Counted from the first letter of the stretch, positions 11,895 through 26,265 are shown. The stretch: 64,000 bases of DNA from the human T2T-CHM13v2.0 reference genome, Homo sapiens (GCF_009914755.1 NC_060936.1), one strand, 5' to 3'. Made by a program: numbers and translations. Notes: generated by a model not told the origin, from the sequence alone.

Positions 11895-12801
11895 TGTAGG
11901 GAGACCCCCTGAAACTATTGCTATGGAATAAAAGATAAAATGCTCCTGATTATTGTAAATACAAAATTGTATGCAGGATTGTGTAAAGACAATGCCAGGC
12001 TGGACTGCCAGAACCAGCCAACATCACGTGATGTGCTTCCCCCTGCAGAGAGCCTATGAATGGACGTGCAGTCAGGGAGGTTTCACATCACCAAGATTCC
12101 TATCCCAGAAAAGCAGATGTTCATAGCTCTGGGAATGGAATGCGACCCTTGTGGGAAGCCTATAAACGGACGCATTGGGGGGCGCCTGTCCATATGGATA
12201 AGATAGGGCTATAAACGCCCTCATCTTGCCACGGCTCTTCTAGGCCTCTTTAGGGTTAAAGCATACTCCCTTCTGAGAATTTCTGGTCTAACCGGTTGTC
12301 TAGCTTCATGTCCTGTTTCCATGGATTGTTTGTAACCAGCTTTTGTTGCAATTGTTACTGCTGATTAATATCTTGCTAATCATAGGTTATGGAAAGACTG
12401 TGTTTCTGTTCTAAGGCTCTGTTAGAAATTACTGACGCACACACTATATTGTAAATTCTTATCTCTACATACAATTCTTATTCTTATTCTACACACAAAT
12501 GTACTCTACTTCTACATACAAATGTTATGTTAAAGAACTACTTCATCCCCATGTGACCATCTCACCTCATAATCAAATGACCCTAAATCCCTCACTAACC
12601 TACCCCCGCCCTCACTAAACTTAATAATAAATGCTGGTTTATCCAGTGCATTGTTAGCACCGCGGAACCAGAAGGCGGTGACCCCCCTGGACCCAGCTTT
12701 CACTATCTTGTGTGTGTCTATTATTTCTCAACCTGCTGATCTGCCTGGGAACAAAGAGAGAGCCCCCTTGCCTTGTGGGCTGCTGGCTAGATCCCTCAGT
12801 A
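11895..12801 (+). mobile_element. MER11D solo LTR (HERV-K HML-7 / HERVK11D)
   Basis: Starts tgtagggagaccccctgaaactattgc and ends gatccctcagta. AATAAA near 12626. Perfect 6-bp TSD cttgtg at 11889-11894 and 12802-12807, the length expected for a betaretroviral integrase. Confidence 0.9.
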
Positions 12802-13163
12802 CTTGTGCGCATAGCTTTCTCCTCCATTTCGATGAGTATGGTCTCCTTGGCAGAAATGCCCAGTAGGGGATCCTGAGCCTGTGCTGGCTGTTCTCTAAGT
12901 GGCAAAGTCAGTGAGAGAGACTTGAAAACTCCAGACTTATTATTTTCTGCATTTTATGCTTTCAGGCTTGCTTTTTCCTTAAAATGTGTAAAAACAAATA
13001 CTGAGATTTCTTTTATATAATTTGGATTCTATCATCATATGGACTTTTCATTTTCCTGAAATTTATTTGTATGTATGTATATCAAACATTGAATTTCTCT
13101 TTTCTCCTTTACTGAAATGTTAACTGTTTTAGAGGCCAAATCTTTTTTTAAAAAAAATCCCTC

Positions 13164-13395
13164 CCATCCTGGCTAACACGGTGAAACCCCATCTCTAATA
13201 AAAAAAAAATACAAAATATTACCCGGGCATGGTGGCGGGTGCCTGTAGTCTCAGCTACTCGGGAGGTTGAGGCAGGAGAATGGCGTGAACCCAGGAGGCG
13301 GAGCTTGCAGTGAGCCGAGATCGCGCTGCTGCACTCCAGCCTGGGTGACAGAGCGAGACCTCGTCTCAAACAAACAAACCAACAAACTAACAAAC
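13164..13395 (+). mobile_element. AluY, 5'-truncated
   Basis: AluY diagnostics ggctaacacggtg, atggcgtgaacc and gagcttgcag. TSD aaaaaaatccctc at 13151-13163 and 13396-13408, at a T-run/A-run L1 endonuclease site. Confidence 0.92.
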
Positions 13396-14349
13396 AAAAA
13401 AATCCCTCTAATTTCTGTAAACATTTCTAATTTCATATATATTTTTTATACCTAATACACTACTTTGGAATTCCTTGAGGCCTAATGGCATCGGGGTGTT
13501 CTAGTTTTGTTATTGTTATTTCTGAATGACATTGACTTTGGTGCTCTTCATTTTGCATATTTAAAAGTATTAGATTGTGTGATTATATTTGACAGGTCTT
13601 GATGTGCTGTTTAGTGCTTTGGGTTGAGCTTTGGGTTCAGTTGAAATTTGGGTTGGATAATTTTCTTCCACAGGGGATTGTCTTGGATTTTTCTGTTTCT
13701 TCCTCAATATCCACCTGGAAAACTTTTGAATTAATTTATATTCACTTAAATATTTCTGTGCAAAAACTGTGTACAAAAGCCCCAAAGTATAATTTGCGCA
13801 GTTGAGCACATATTCTGTTTTCCAGCATTTATGGCGGTTTGTAGTGGAAAAGATTTTTAGAATATGTGGATTTTCGGAATATTCCCAGAAGCCCAGATAG
13901 CCACACTTTACCTTTGAAGGAATTGATTCGCAGAATACTGCACACAATCACCTTTGGAAGGAGCATATATCTCAACAAAAGTTCTGATTTTTTGAAGTCT
14001 GTATTGTGTGTTATTTCCAGGAGAATACAGCAATGATGGCAATGTTATCAAATGATTCAAATATGTAATGCTGTTATGCCTAACATAAGGATTCTATGTG
14101 ATCATGCCTTTTGGCTGAGGACAATACCCCTGTCTTCTTGGAATTATTGATAATTAGATTCTAATTGCTAATAAGTCAGAAAATTAGGAACACCAAATTT
14201 CAGTCTTCTCAAGAGCAATCCTCTTATTAAATTTGAATCTTTACCTTTATCACATGCAAAAGAAATATTGTTAGAAAAGTGTTTAATGTTTTCCATATGG
14301 AGAGATTACTATTAGTTATAATTTCATTGTTAATCTTTAAAACCATAGA

Positions 14350-15180
14350 GTTGGAAGTATCAAAATGTCTTTCAATATACCTTAGTGGAATTTATTAAAT
14401 TTTCATGGATGTTCTTTAGGAGGTTGAAGAAGTTATTTCTATTGCTAGATTTCTGGAGGATTTATCAGGAATGAGTGTCAGACTTTGTCAGATGTCCATT
14501 TAAATCATCATGGTCTTTTCCTTTATTCTATTAATATGGTGTATTACACTGATTGATTTTTAAATTTGTATTGATAATTCCACTTGGTTATATTGTCTAA
14601 ATTTTTTCTAATTTTCCTTAATTTTTATTACAGATGAGGCCTCACTTTGTCACCCAGATTGGGGTGGAGTGGCACAGTCACAGCTCACTATAACCTCAAA
14701 CTCCTGGGCTCAAGTGATCCTGCCACCTCAGCCTCCTAAGTAGCTGGGACTACAGGTGTGCACCACAATGCCAGGCTTGTCTAACATTTTTGTGTGTTGC
14801 TTCATCCAGTTTGCTAGAGTTTTTGGAGATTTCTGTCTTTATTCATGAGAGATAATAGTCTGCACATTTATTTTCTTGTGATGCTTTCATCTAATTTGTT
14901 ATCCGGGTAATACTGGCCTCAGAAATGAATTGATGTTTTCCTGCTTCTCTGTTTTGCAAGTGTTTGTGAAGGATTGATTATTCATGAAGTGTTTAATAGA
15001 ATTCACTAGTAAAGCTATGTGAGCCTGGGCTAGACTGATGAAGAGTTTTCACTAGTCTAATCTATTTTCTTGTTGTATGAGTATGCATATATTCGATTTC
15101 TTCTTGAGTTTACTTTTACAATTTGTGTATAGCAGGGAATTTGTTTCTAATTTGTAGTGTTTCATGCTTCTAGGTTTTCA
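14350..15180 (-). mobile_element. Old L1M ORF2 fragment
   Basis: Degenerate antisense L1 ORF2-like sequence (..gtcagactttgtcagatg..ctattaatatggtgtattacactgattgatttt..gggtaatactggcctca..). Confidence 0.6.
14620..14778 (-). mobile_element. Alu monomer (FRAM/AluJ right arm)
   Basis: ctcctgggctcaagtgatcctgccacctcagcctcctaagtagctgggactacagg; single arm only. Confidence 0.8.
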
Positions 15181-16764
15181 TGGCAGTTGAGATGTAAGAA
15201 TAAATATAATGTTGGGCGAAAGAAGTTGTGGACAATCCGTAAATATCCCAACATCTCTTGCAGGAAGGTTAAGATTATTTTTCTTGCTGTACTTAATACT
15301 CATATTTATAGTGTGAGACAAATGTAATGTTGAATATATATAGAACTAGGAAAATTGCCATTTGTCTTAGTATTTAATCAAGATGGAAGTCTGGGCCTAC
15401 CTCCTCTCTTCTATTAATATGTAGACAGGACACCAACAAAATTTGAATAAGGACAAACAAAGTGTTAGGAAATGAAGAGTGGAATGAATGGGTTAAAATG
15501 TGATGAAACAGAGTGGTGAATATTTACATAGAATCCATGATGTGCTAGGCACTATTTCAAGCTATTTGCTCATACACTTTTAATACCAATGACATTAAAA
15601 TGTATAACAGAAAGATTCATATAAATAAAAATTACAACATTGAAAATAATATTAGGTGACACTAAAACTGTCATGGAAATACACATTTATATAAAACATA
15701 AAGTAACATCAAGTATTAAATAAATTTTAGAAAGTTTGATTACTAATCAGATGAATAAGTGATTAGCCTTTTTATCCAGTAAACAAGGCATACACATTAT
15801 TTTTCAAATTCCAGAGACAAATATTTTAAATATTGAAGTTTAAGACCTAAAAATGTATCATTGGCTTCATGGAAGTAGATATTCACTAGGTGATATTTTC
15901 TAGGCTCTCTGAAATTACATCAGAAATATGTGAATTAGAATATAACCCATAAATAATATCTGGCCACATACAAAGTAATTGAAGATCAATTTAAATAGCC
16001 ATTGGATTAAGAAATAGAGACTGAGGTAAATTTACAGGGTCAGGGAGGATTTAAGGAGGAAGCACTGACACTGGAGCCCAAGGACCTGGGATTACAGAAC
16101 AGATTCTACCAGTGCTAACTGACTGCTCCAGAGAAAACATCAATTCTGTTCATGTGCAGCTACTATTCATCAAGAAAGGGATTACAACTTCAGAAATGTG
16201 TTCAAAGTGTATCCATACTTTGATGTATTAATGAAGTAATCACATTCTACACATAAGTACTCCATATGGAATATTGGGGAGGGGGTGTTCCAAATAAAGA
16301 GATTGAGGATTTTTCATGAGAACTCAGTGTCTGCTAGAAAATATCTAAGTAAAATATTTTACTTAAGTGGAAAGTGTGGATGTTTGTGCATCAAAAGTTT
16401 CAAGAATCCCTAAAATATACAATGGAGATGAGGAGAAAATATCAGAATTCCCCAGCACCAGAAATGAGGTAAGAAAAAATTCAGAGGAGTTGTAAATGTG
16501 AAAAGCCAATGGCTGGTCACACAGCAGTATTGATAATCTTGTGCCAGGACAACTAGAATAAATACATAAACATACACATTGAAAAGATTTCCAATATTAG
16601 ATCTCCCTCATGTGAGAACTAAATTATAAAGATTGAAGCATATAAGAAAATAAGCTACCAGAATTTAAACTACCAGAATAAATTAGATTACACATAAATT
16701 TCTGATATTGAAATTGTCACAAATGTTTAAGTTGGTAGTGAAAGATAAAGGAAATATAATCTTG

Positions 16765-19417
16765 GGAATCCTAGGGCCCTGCCCACTGCCTGTCCCTCTC
16801 CACACTACTACAGCTGATGCTTTCTGGAAAGTACCACCTCCTGGCAAGAGGCCAACCAGCACAAATATAGAGCCTTAAACCACCAAAGCTAAGGACCCTC
16901 ACAGAGTCTACTGCACCCTTCACCACTTCCACTGGAACAGGCACTGGGATCCATGGTTGAGAGACCCATAGATGGCTCACATCACAGGACTCTGTGCAGA
17001 CAACCCCTAGCACCATCCCAAAGCCAGGTAGACCTGATGGGTGGCTAGACCCAGAAGAGAGACAACAATCAATGCACTTCAGCTTGCAGGAAGCCACACC
17101 CATAGGAAAAGGGGGAGTGCACTATGTCAAGGGAACACCCCGTGGGACAAAAGAGTCTGAACAACAGTCTTCAGCCCTAGACCTTTCCTCTGACAGAGGC
17201 TACTCAAATGAGAAGGAACCAGAAAACCAACCCTGGTAATCTGACAAAACAAGGCTCTTCAACACCCCCCCAAAAATCACACTAGTTCATCACCAGTGGA
17301 TCCAAACCAAGAAGAAACCCCCGATTAATCTGAAAAATAATTCAGGTTAGGTATTAAGCTAATCAGGGAGAGGCTAGAGAAAGGCAAAGCCCAATGCAAG
17401 AAAATCCAATAAAATGATGCAAGAAGTGAAGGGAGAAATATTCAAGGAAGTAGATAGCTTAAAGAAAAAAACAATAAAAAATTCAGGAAACTTTGGATGC
17501 ACTTTTAGAAATGTGAAATGCTCTGGAAAGTCTCAGCAATAGAATTGAACAAGTAGAAGAAAGAAATTCAGAGTTTGAAGACAAGGTCTTTGAATTAACT
17601 CAATCCAATAAAGGCAAAGAAAAAAGAATAAGAAAATATGAGCAAAGCCTCCAAGGAGTCTGGCATTCTGTTAAATGATGAAACCTAAGAATAATCGAGG
17701 TACCTGAGGAAGAAGTGAATTCTAAAAGCCGGGAAAACATATTTGGGGGAATAAAAAAGGAAAACTTCTCTGGCCTTGTGAGAGGCCTAGACATCCAAAT
17801 ACAAGAAGCACAAAGAACACCTGGGGAATTCATCACAAAAAGATCTTAGCCTAGGCACATTTTCATTAGGTTTTCCAAAGTTAAGACAAAGGAAAGAATC
17901 TTAAGATGTGAGACAGAAGCACTAGGTAAGCTATAAATTAAAACCTATCAAATTAACAGCAGATTTTTCAGCAGAAACCTTACAAGCTAGATGGGATTGG
18001 GGCCCTTTCTCCAGCCTCCTCAAACAAAACAATCATCAGCCAAGAATTTTGTATCCACGAAAACTAAGCATCATACAGGAAGAAAAGATACAGTCATTTT
18101 CAGACAAACAAATGCTGACAGAATTCACCATTACCAAACCAGCACTGTAAAAACTGCTAAAAGGAGCTCTAAATCTTGAAGCAAGTCCTGGAAACACATC
18201 AAAACAGAACCTCGTTGAAGCATAAATCACACAGAACCTATAAAACAAAAATACAAGTTAAAAAGCAAAAACAAAAAATGAAAACAACGTACAGAGGCAA
18301 CAAAGAGCATGATGAAAGCAATGGCACCTCAAATTTTAATACTAACGTTGGATGTAAATGGCCTAAATGCTCCACTTACAAAGTGCAGAACCACAGAATG
18401 GATAAGAACTCACCAACTAACTATCTGCTGCCTTCAGTAGACTCACCTAACACATAAGGACTTACATAAACTTAAGGAAAGTGGTAGAAAAAGGCATTTC
18501 ATGCAAATGGACACCAAAGGTGAGCAGTGGTAGCTATTCTTATATGAGACAAAAGAAAGTTTAAAGCAACAGTAGCTAAAAGAGACAAAGAGAGACAGTG
18601 TATAATGAATGGTAAAAGGTCTCGTCCAAAAGAAAAATGTGACAATCCTAAACATATATGCACCTAACACTGGAGCTTCCAAATTTATAAAGTAATTACT
18701 AGTAGACATAAGAAATGAGATAAACAGCAACACAATAATAGTGGGGGACTTCAATACTCCACTGACAGCACTAGACAGGTCATCAAGACAGAAAGTCAAC
18801 AGAGAAACAATGTATTTAAACTACACCTTGGAATAAATGGACTTAACACATATATACAAAACATTTCATCCAACAACCACAGAATACACATTCTATTAAA
18901 CAGCACATGGAACTTTCTCCAAGACAGACCATATGATAGGCCATAAAAAGGTTCTCAATAAATTTAGGAAAATTGAAATTGTATCATGCACTCTCTCAGA
19001 TCACAGTGGAATAAAACTGAAAATCAACTCCAAAAGGAATCTTCAAAACCATGCAAATACATGGAAATTAAATAACCTGCTTCTGAATGAGCATTGGGTC
19101 AAAAACAAAATTGAGATGGAAATTTAAAAAAATTCTTTGGACTGAATGACAATAATGACACAATCCTCAAGACCTCTGTGATACAGCAAAGGCGGTGCTA
19201 AGAGAAAAATTTATAGCCCTAAACACCTACATCAAAAAGTCTGAAAGAGCACAAACAGGCAATCTAAGGTCACACCTCAAGGAACTAGAGAACCAGGAAC
19301 AAGACAAACCCAAACCCAGCAAACAAAGGAAATAACCAAGATCAGAGCAGAACTAAATAGAATTGACAAAACAACAACAACAACAAAATACAAAAAATAA
19401 ATAAAACAAAAAGTTGG
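16765..19417 (+). mobile_element. L1PB1-like element, 5' part (5'UTR, ORF1, EN of ORF2)
   Basis: L1PBa-type 5'UTR, degenerate ORF1 and EN motifs (NIYAPN, GDFNTPL, SDHSGIKL). Reads through the ERV site as ..TKSW|FFER.. Confidence 0.88.
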
Positions 19418-19916
19418 TGTTGTGGGATAATTTAGGAATCAGAGAGAAAGAGGGGTTGAGGAGGATTGATTATTATTATTATTATTTAGGCGTACTGGCC
19501 CAGTCAGATTAACATTCAAAAAAAACTGAGCCCTGAACAAAGAGTCAAGTTACCTTTTAAGCATTTTGTGGGGTGGGGGGAGATCTGTGCAGGGGGAAGC
19601 ATATTACAGAAGAGAGAAACAAAGACAGTTATTCAATTGAGACTTGCATTACATCATTTCTTACCTTTCAAGAAAAAACATGTTTATGACTTGAGTTTTT
19701 CTGTCTAGTGACCTTGCAGCTGCACGGCTAGAGAAACAGGGTCTTCACAATGCCTGGGAAAGGGAGAGATAAGGCTCACTAGCCACAGACAGAAAAACAG
19801 GCAGTTAATTTTTAAAGGATTCCACCTCTTTCTTGACCTCAGGGGGAATTGGGTTTTCTTACATACAACTGAGTTTTTCCTTACACATCCTTTAATTTCT
19901 CTTAATTCCTCTTCCA
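19418..19916 (-). mobile_element. 3' LTR15
   Basis: Minus strand runs tggaagaggaattaagagaaattaaag...cccacaaca, preceded by the purine tract aaaggcaggaaa. Confidence 0.9.
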
Positions 19917-19965
19917 TTTCCTGCCTTTAGTGCTTTTGATAACAAAGGTGTTAATAGAAAGCACC

Positions 19966-22190
19966 ACTTTATGTCACCTTTTTGTGGAGCTGAGCTTCTT
20001 CTTTTACTGGCAGTGGCTGATATTTGGTTAATGCCATCAACTGTGCGATAGTGTATCGGGTTACTACTGTCTCTATAGTTGACTGAATGCTCCTAATAAA
20101 CAGAGGTAAAAGGCAAGGCAGGATGAGGCAGATGCCAAGAATAAACAAAAACCCACCAATGAGGGTTTTGAATTCTCCAAAAGTTGAGAAGCATTTTCCA
20201 AACGAGGAATCCAGGGACCATCCAGACCAAGTCTGAACTGGAACATGGGCCAACTTGTGCATTTTAGCTGTGATTTTTATGACAGCTCGGCCATTATTAT
20301 CAATTTCTAGGCAACAGTTGGTTAAATTAAATTTTTACTTACTTTTTTGAGACTAAGAGATAATCTAAAGTCAATTTATTTTGATATATAGCATTTTTTT
20401 GTGTTGCTTGTATTGTCAATAAATTTAGTGCCCTTGACATTTTATTGGTTATAATTTCTAGGACAGCCTGTAACCTTATGATGCGGTTGAGCACATAGAT
20501 TGGGGTATGGTACCCCCATGACCCATCTTGCACCCGGGTAGCTGGCCCATAATATTTAGTGATTTTTTTCTGGAGGCCATTTATTATCTTTTTAGTCTTC
20601 TATGTTTACTTTTTTTTTGACATTTGTGTTTATTTTTGTGATTATGGTTTTTTTAGTTTTATTTTTTTTTAATTTTTATTATAAACTGGATACCCTAAGA
20701 ATTCCCCTTTCTTTAGAGGAATTAAAAAGAAGGATGGCTTGATTGTTTCTAACACACATGTCCTTGTCCATGTAGCCAGCAGTTGCCGATATGCCCATGC
20801 TTCACAGATCCAATATAGGCCAGAGGGTGCTTTCCAAGCATTTGGAGCCTGTAGCTGATGCCAAGTGTGGCTTAGGGTAGAGAATCGAGAAAAGGGATTT
20901 GGATCTGGTAAGTAAGAGACCTTCTGGGCATTTCTCCATAGAGTTTTGTTTTTAGTCTTATCATAATACTGTTGTCCTAGGCAGGTTGTTTTTTCTACTG
21001 TCTCTGTGAAAGTCTTTCCCCATCAGGCAATACTGTACTTTCCAATTATGGAGGTTTTTAACAACCGAACACTGGCTGAGGCTGTTGGTTCACTGGCACG
21101 GTTAGGCAAAGTGAAGTTATCTTGCGGCATTAATTTCTTAGCCTCCCATAGCAACTCGTCCCCCATATTAGTTTTTTCACACACGTAGCATGAGGAAATT
21201 ACTAAGCTGCCAGCTATGTTTTTAGTTAGTTGAGTAAATAAGTTTTTGATTGATGGAGGAAGCTGTCACTGACTGATTAAAATGCTTATAGAATGACTTA
21301 TAAACCCAGAATTGCAGGGTTGGATGCATTTGAGTCCTTCTAGTCTTTTTGGCAATTAGTAGTGGAACTCCAAGGCCTGCTCCTTGTCTATTAACCCATA
21401 ATAGTGCTGTCTGTCCTGTAGGCCAAAAAGATAGCTCTGGCTTTAGAAGAGTAAAATTTAAAGGATTGCGTGTCCTTGTCTTAGAATTTGCTTTGGTTGA
21501 CATACTATGTAGCAGAGCAGTCCTTCCTGAATATAAGTGTTGGAGTTGTGTTAGCATAGACCACTGAATGTTACAGTCTGGACATCTGATTTGTGTTTTT
21601 TCATACCTATGTTTAGGGCTGCTTCTGCTAAGCCTCTTTTGTGTTAAACCATTGGAGACAGCTTCTGTTTTTTTAGGATTAGGAACATATGCAGCATGGC
21701 AGGAATTAAAGTACAAGGAAATAGGCCCTTTATAGGAGGGAGAGGCTTCTTTGGTTTGAGGTATAAGTTTCTTTTTTTCTTTTCTGATTTAATATGTACC
21801 TCAAACCAGAATTCATAAGGTAAGAGCTCAGGGTCATAACATACATATAGCTGATTATTTCCTCAGTCACAGAGTGAATAGGTGGTCTGGTTGTATGTGC
21901 ATGTTCCTAACTTGGTTTCTGTACATTCATAGTAGGTATGGCACAGTAGAGTTTTAACTATGATATTTTTTACCTAGGTAGTGTGTACACAGTGTGGGCA
22001 TCCGTCTAAAGATTTTTCCCCTTCTAGTATAGGCAGAAATGGTAACAACATCAGTGTATGTATTAGAAACATGCTTACACTACGCATGAGCACGGCAAAC
22101 CTTCCTCTGGGCATAGACATTTGCAGCATTTGCAGTAATAACATAACAACATAAAAATCAGTATTAACAGAATTATAACTAGGGTTATAA
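19966..22190 (-). pseudogene. env: HERV15 env remnant
   Basis: ERV3/HERV-I-like TM: [30 protein letters not shown]-like [21 protein letters not shown] and a hydrophobic anchor. Many frameshifts. Confidence 0.88.
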
Positions 22191-22299
22191 ATTGTATTCA
22201 TATTTACTTATTCAGTGATGGCCCTCTTAGCTTCGGCTGTGTGTGGACTAGTCAGATTCCAGGATGTGACTAGAGCAGAGCTTGCAGGATTCTCAAGCT

Positions 22300-25200
22300 T
22301 CAGCTCTGGGTAGACTGACCAGTCTCCAGTGTGGTCAGAGCAAGGCAATTGTCCTTCTTACTGGTGGTTGGGTTTCGCCGTAGGCCCATTCGGGTGGGGT
22401 GATCTGGGTCTTGTTGGCTAATCCAATGGTCATCATTGGGAGTCACTGCTGCCACTGGTTTCAGTCGGCTATGGTGAATCCAAGGTGTGACAGCTGTAAC
22501 TTTAAAAGCAGTAGGAGTAGACATGATTATAATATGGGGCCCATCCCATAAGGGCCCCAGGGTTGTTGAATTTCACCTTTTAACCCAGACAGAGTCCCCC
22601 GGCTTATGTGGATGCACTGGGTCTGTTAGACTTACAGGTATTCTTTTTCTTATCCAGCTTTGCCCCTCCTGCATTGTTACTCCTAAAGCCTGCATCTGTC
22701 TTCTAAGAATTAACTTTTCTAACTACTTTAAATTCCCTCTAATTTGATTAATAATTGGGGGTGGCCTTCCGAACAATATTTTATAGAGCAAATACCCAGT
22801 TTGTTTTGTAGGTGTACACCTGACCTGGAGGAGGACCATGGGCAAGACATGATCCCATCGTGAGTTTCCTGGCAAAACTTTTTTAGTAGCTGTTTGAGTG
22901 TCCAGTTCATCCATTTTACCTTCCCTGAGCTCTGTGGTCAGTAGTCTGTATGCAGTTTCCATCTGATCTTTAAAAGTTGAGTCAGCTGTTGTACTACATC
23001 TGCCACAAATGCAGGACCATTGTCTGATCCTAGGGTTAAAAGAAACCCAAATCTTGGTATGATGTCTTTTAGTAGTACCTTTGTCACCTCTCTTGTCTTT
23101 TTAGTCCTGGTGGAGAAGGCCTCAATCCACCCCAAGCAGGTGTAAACAAACATTAGCATATATTGGTAACCTCCTGCTAGAGGTAACTCAGTAAAGTTTA
23201 CAAGCAGGTTTTCACAAGGCACAGCCCCTACTTCCTGAATTCCTGGAGGTCGAGTAGGTCCTTGTTTTGGATTATTCTGGGCACAGGATAGACCTTGTTT
23301 ACAAACAGTACAGGTGATGGCAGAGAGCTGTGGCACATAGAAATGCCAACCTATCAAAGTTTCTAGGGCTGTCCTTCCAATGTGTGTTCCTTGATGGATC
23401 TGTGTCACAAACCTTGGGGCTATTGTCCCTGGGATGGCTAGCCTCCTGTTAGAGAACAGCCACCATCCACCTTTAATATATTTTTTTGTTTTCTGACCAA
23501 ACCAAGTTTTTTTTACTGAAGAGTAATTGGGTACCTCCAGCAAAGGGGGCTCTATAAGGAGAGGAATTGATAAAGTTTTTTTTTTCAGGTAAAGCCTTGC
23601 TCATTGCTGCCCGCCCAGCCTCTCGGTCTACCTTTCTGTTGCCCTGCATCTCAGCTTTTCTCAATTTGGTGTCCTTTGCAATGAATGACAGCCACTTTCT
23701 CTGGAGCCCATATGGTTTTTAATAATTGCAATTTTTTTTTTTTTGCCTTTAGTAGTCAAAACTCCTGTCTCTTTGTATATTGTCCAACGGGCATGCAGGA
23801 TTGTAAAAGTATATCTTGATCAGTATATATGTTTACTTTTTTTCTTGGCCAATAACGGTGCTCTGGTTAATGCTATTAATCTAACCTTCTGAGCAGAAGT
23901 CCCAGAAGGTAAGGCCTGAGCCTCAACCACCGAGTGCTGGGTCACTACTGCGCATACCCTGCATATCATACCCCATCTGTTATGAAACTGCTGCCATCAG
24001 TGAAGTATTTAACATCTGAGCTCTCCAAGGGGGTATCTCTGAGATCTTCCCAGCTCTAGAACACTTTGTCCACCGTATTTATGCAACAGTGGGGAAGATC
24101 CTGCCAGCAGTGAGGCAATCCACCGTCCTTTCAATCAGGTTTCTCCACAGGCAGCAGGGTAGCTGGGTTTAAGGTATTTACAGTCTCTAGTGTTATCTGG
24201 GGATTGTCATACAGAAGCCCTTGATACTTTAGCATTTTAGAATTGGACAGTCAACGATGTCCTCTTTGCTCCATTAAGGTGATTACAGCGTGTGGCACCC
24301 TAACTATTAACTTTTGACCTAGGGCTAGCTTGTTGGCATCTTCTATAAGGATTGCAGTAGCTGCCAACGCCCTGAAGCAGTGGGTCCAACCTAAGGCCAC
24401 CAAATCCAGTCTTTGGGTAAGTATGCTACCAGCTGATGCCAAGAACCCAACAATTGAGTTAAGACTCCGACTGTCATTCCCTTTTGTTTATCCACGTACA
24501 AAAAGAAGGACTTTTTTTTTACATCTGGCAACACTAGCGTCGGAGCTTGGATGAGAGCTTCCTTTGTATCTTTGAAGGCCTTTTCTTGTTTCTTTTTCCA
24601 CAGGAGCAGCCCTCTTTTTTTTTCTTCGGTAGTCTCATATAAGGGCCTTGCTATAAGGGAGAAGTTTGGAATCCAGGTTCGGCAGAATCCCGCTGCACCT
24701 AGAAATTCCCTGACCTGCCACCTTGTAACTGGGGTGGGCAATGCACATACAGCCTCCTTGCATGCACTTTTAAGTCTGCACTGGCCTTGGAATACCATGA
24801 ATTCTAGATATTCAATCTCCGGAAAGCAGACTTTTGCCTTGTCCTTGGACACTATGTAACCAGCTTCACGCAGCAAGTGAAGAAGCCTCTCTGTTCCTTA
24901 GAGGCATTTCTCCCTCATGGGGGCAGCGAAGAGCAAATCATCAATGTGTTGTAATAGCACACAATTGTCACTAGGTGGCGCAAAAGCCTCAAGGTCGGTA
25001 GCCCAAGCCTCCTCGAAAATAGTAGAATTCTTTTTTTATTTTATTTTATTTTTTTAATTATTATTACTATTATTATTATTATTATTATTTTAATTATACT
25101 TTAAGTTTTAGGGTACATGTGCACATTGTGCAGGTTAGTTACATATGTATACATGTGCCATGCTGGTGCGCTGCACCCACTAACTCGTCATCTAGCATTA

Positions 25201-26265
25201 GGTATATCTCCCAATGCTATCCCTCCCCCCTCCCCCCTCCCCACCCCAGTCCCCAGAGTGTGATATTCCCCTTCCTGTGTCCATGTGATCTCATTGTTCA
25301 ATTCCCACCTAGGAGAATTCTTAAACCCTTGTGGCAGCCTTGTCCAGGTATACTGCGATTGTCTCCACTGGAAGGCAAATATAGGCTGATTTTGGGAAGC
25401 AGTCTCAAGGAAAAGAAAGCGTCCTTTAAGTCCAGACACGTGAACCACGCGGCCTCAGCAGGAATCTACCCCAACATTGTGTATAGGTTGGGTACTATGG
25501 CATGGATAGTGACAGTGGCTTTGTTTACACCCTGGAGGTCCTGCACTGGCCTGTATTCACCATTTGGCTTGCGAACAGGCAGCAGAGGAGTATTCCAGGA
25601 AGACTTGCATTTTACTATAATCACTTGTTTATAGGGCTGATTTAAATGTTTTGTTATGTCATCAATTGCCTCTCTGGGTAGGGGGTATTGACGGACTGGT
25701 ACCGGGGCAGCATGAGGGTTAAGCTCTACTACCACTGGGGGTCTGTTTGCAGCAAGCCCAGGGGGGGTTGTCCTCAGTCCATACACCTGGTACCTTGAAA
25801 AGCATTCCCTACATATTGTGTAGGTCTGGCTCTGGCAGCCTCCTGGTACACAGTTTATAGAGCCGCCATTCCTCAGTTTTTGGGACAGTTAGAGTCAATA
25901 CCATTGCCTTTGGCTTCCCTATCTCCAGGGTCATATTCCCTTTAGGTGTAAAGGAAATCTGTGCCTGCAGTTTCTGGAGTAAGTCTCTTTCCAACAAGGG
26001 CACTGGACAGTTTGGCATGTATAGGAACTCATGCTGTACTTCTTGTCCCCCAATAACACATCTCTTGGATTTGTAAAAAGGTCTCCGTTTTTTGGCCCCA
26101 GTAGCCCCTATGATAGTGGCACAATTTTTTGTGGGGGGGGGGGCTAATTGGGTGAGTTACCACAGAGAAATCAGCACCAGTATTGACCAAAAATTTCATT
26201 AATTGGCCTCCTACTTCCATAGAGACCATAGGCTCCCCGGGGCCTAAAGGATGGAGCCCGGTCTG
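22300..26265 (-). pseudogene. pol: HERV15 pro-pol remnant
   Basis: Protease FLVNTGA; [19 protein letters not shown] and LLQHIDD; RNase H FTDGSS; integrase H..H..C, GSDNGPAF and WIHHSRLK. Confidence 0.92.
25033..25311 (-). mobile_element. L1PA2-like 3' fragment inserted in HERV15 RT
   Basis: L1 3'UTR with ctagatgacGAGttagtggg and ttaaagtataat (not the Ta ACA/G alleles). The tail has decayed to (TTA)n. TSD core agaattctt at 25024-25032 and 25314-25322; TCTT/AA endonuclease site. Confidence 0.9.

Noticed and set aside
26182-26184. Protease DTG->NTG change as evidence of APOBEC editing
   Set aside because: The ancestral context GTC-GAT is a CpG, so ordinary methyl-C decay explains it equally well; excluded from the hypermutation evidence.
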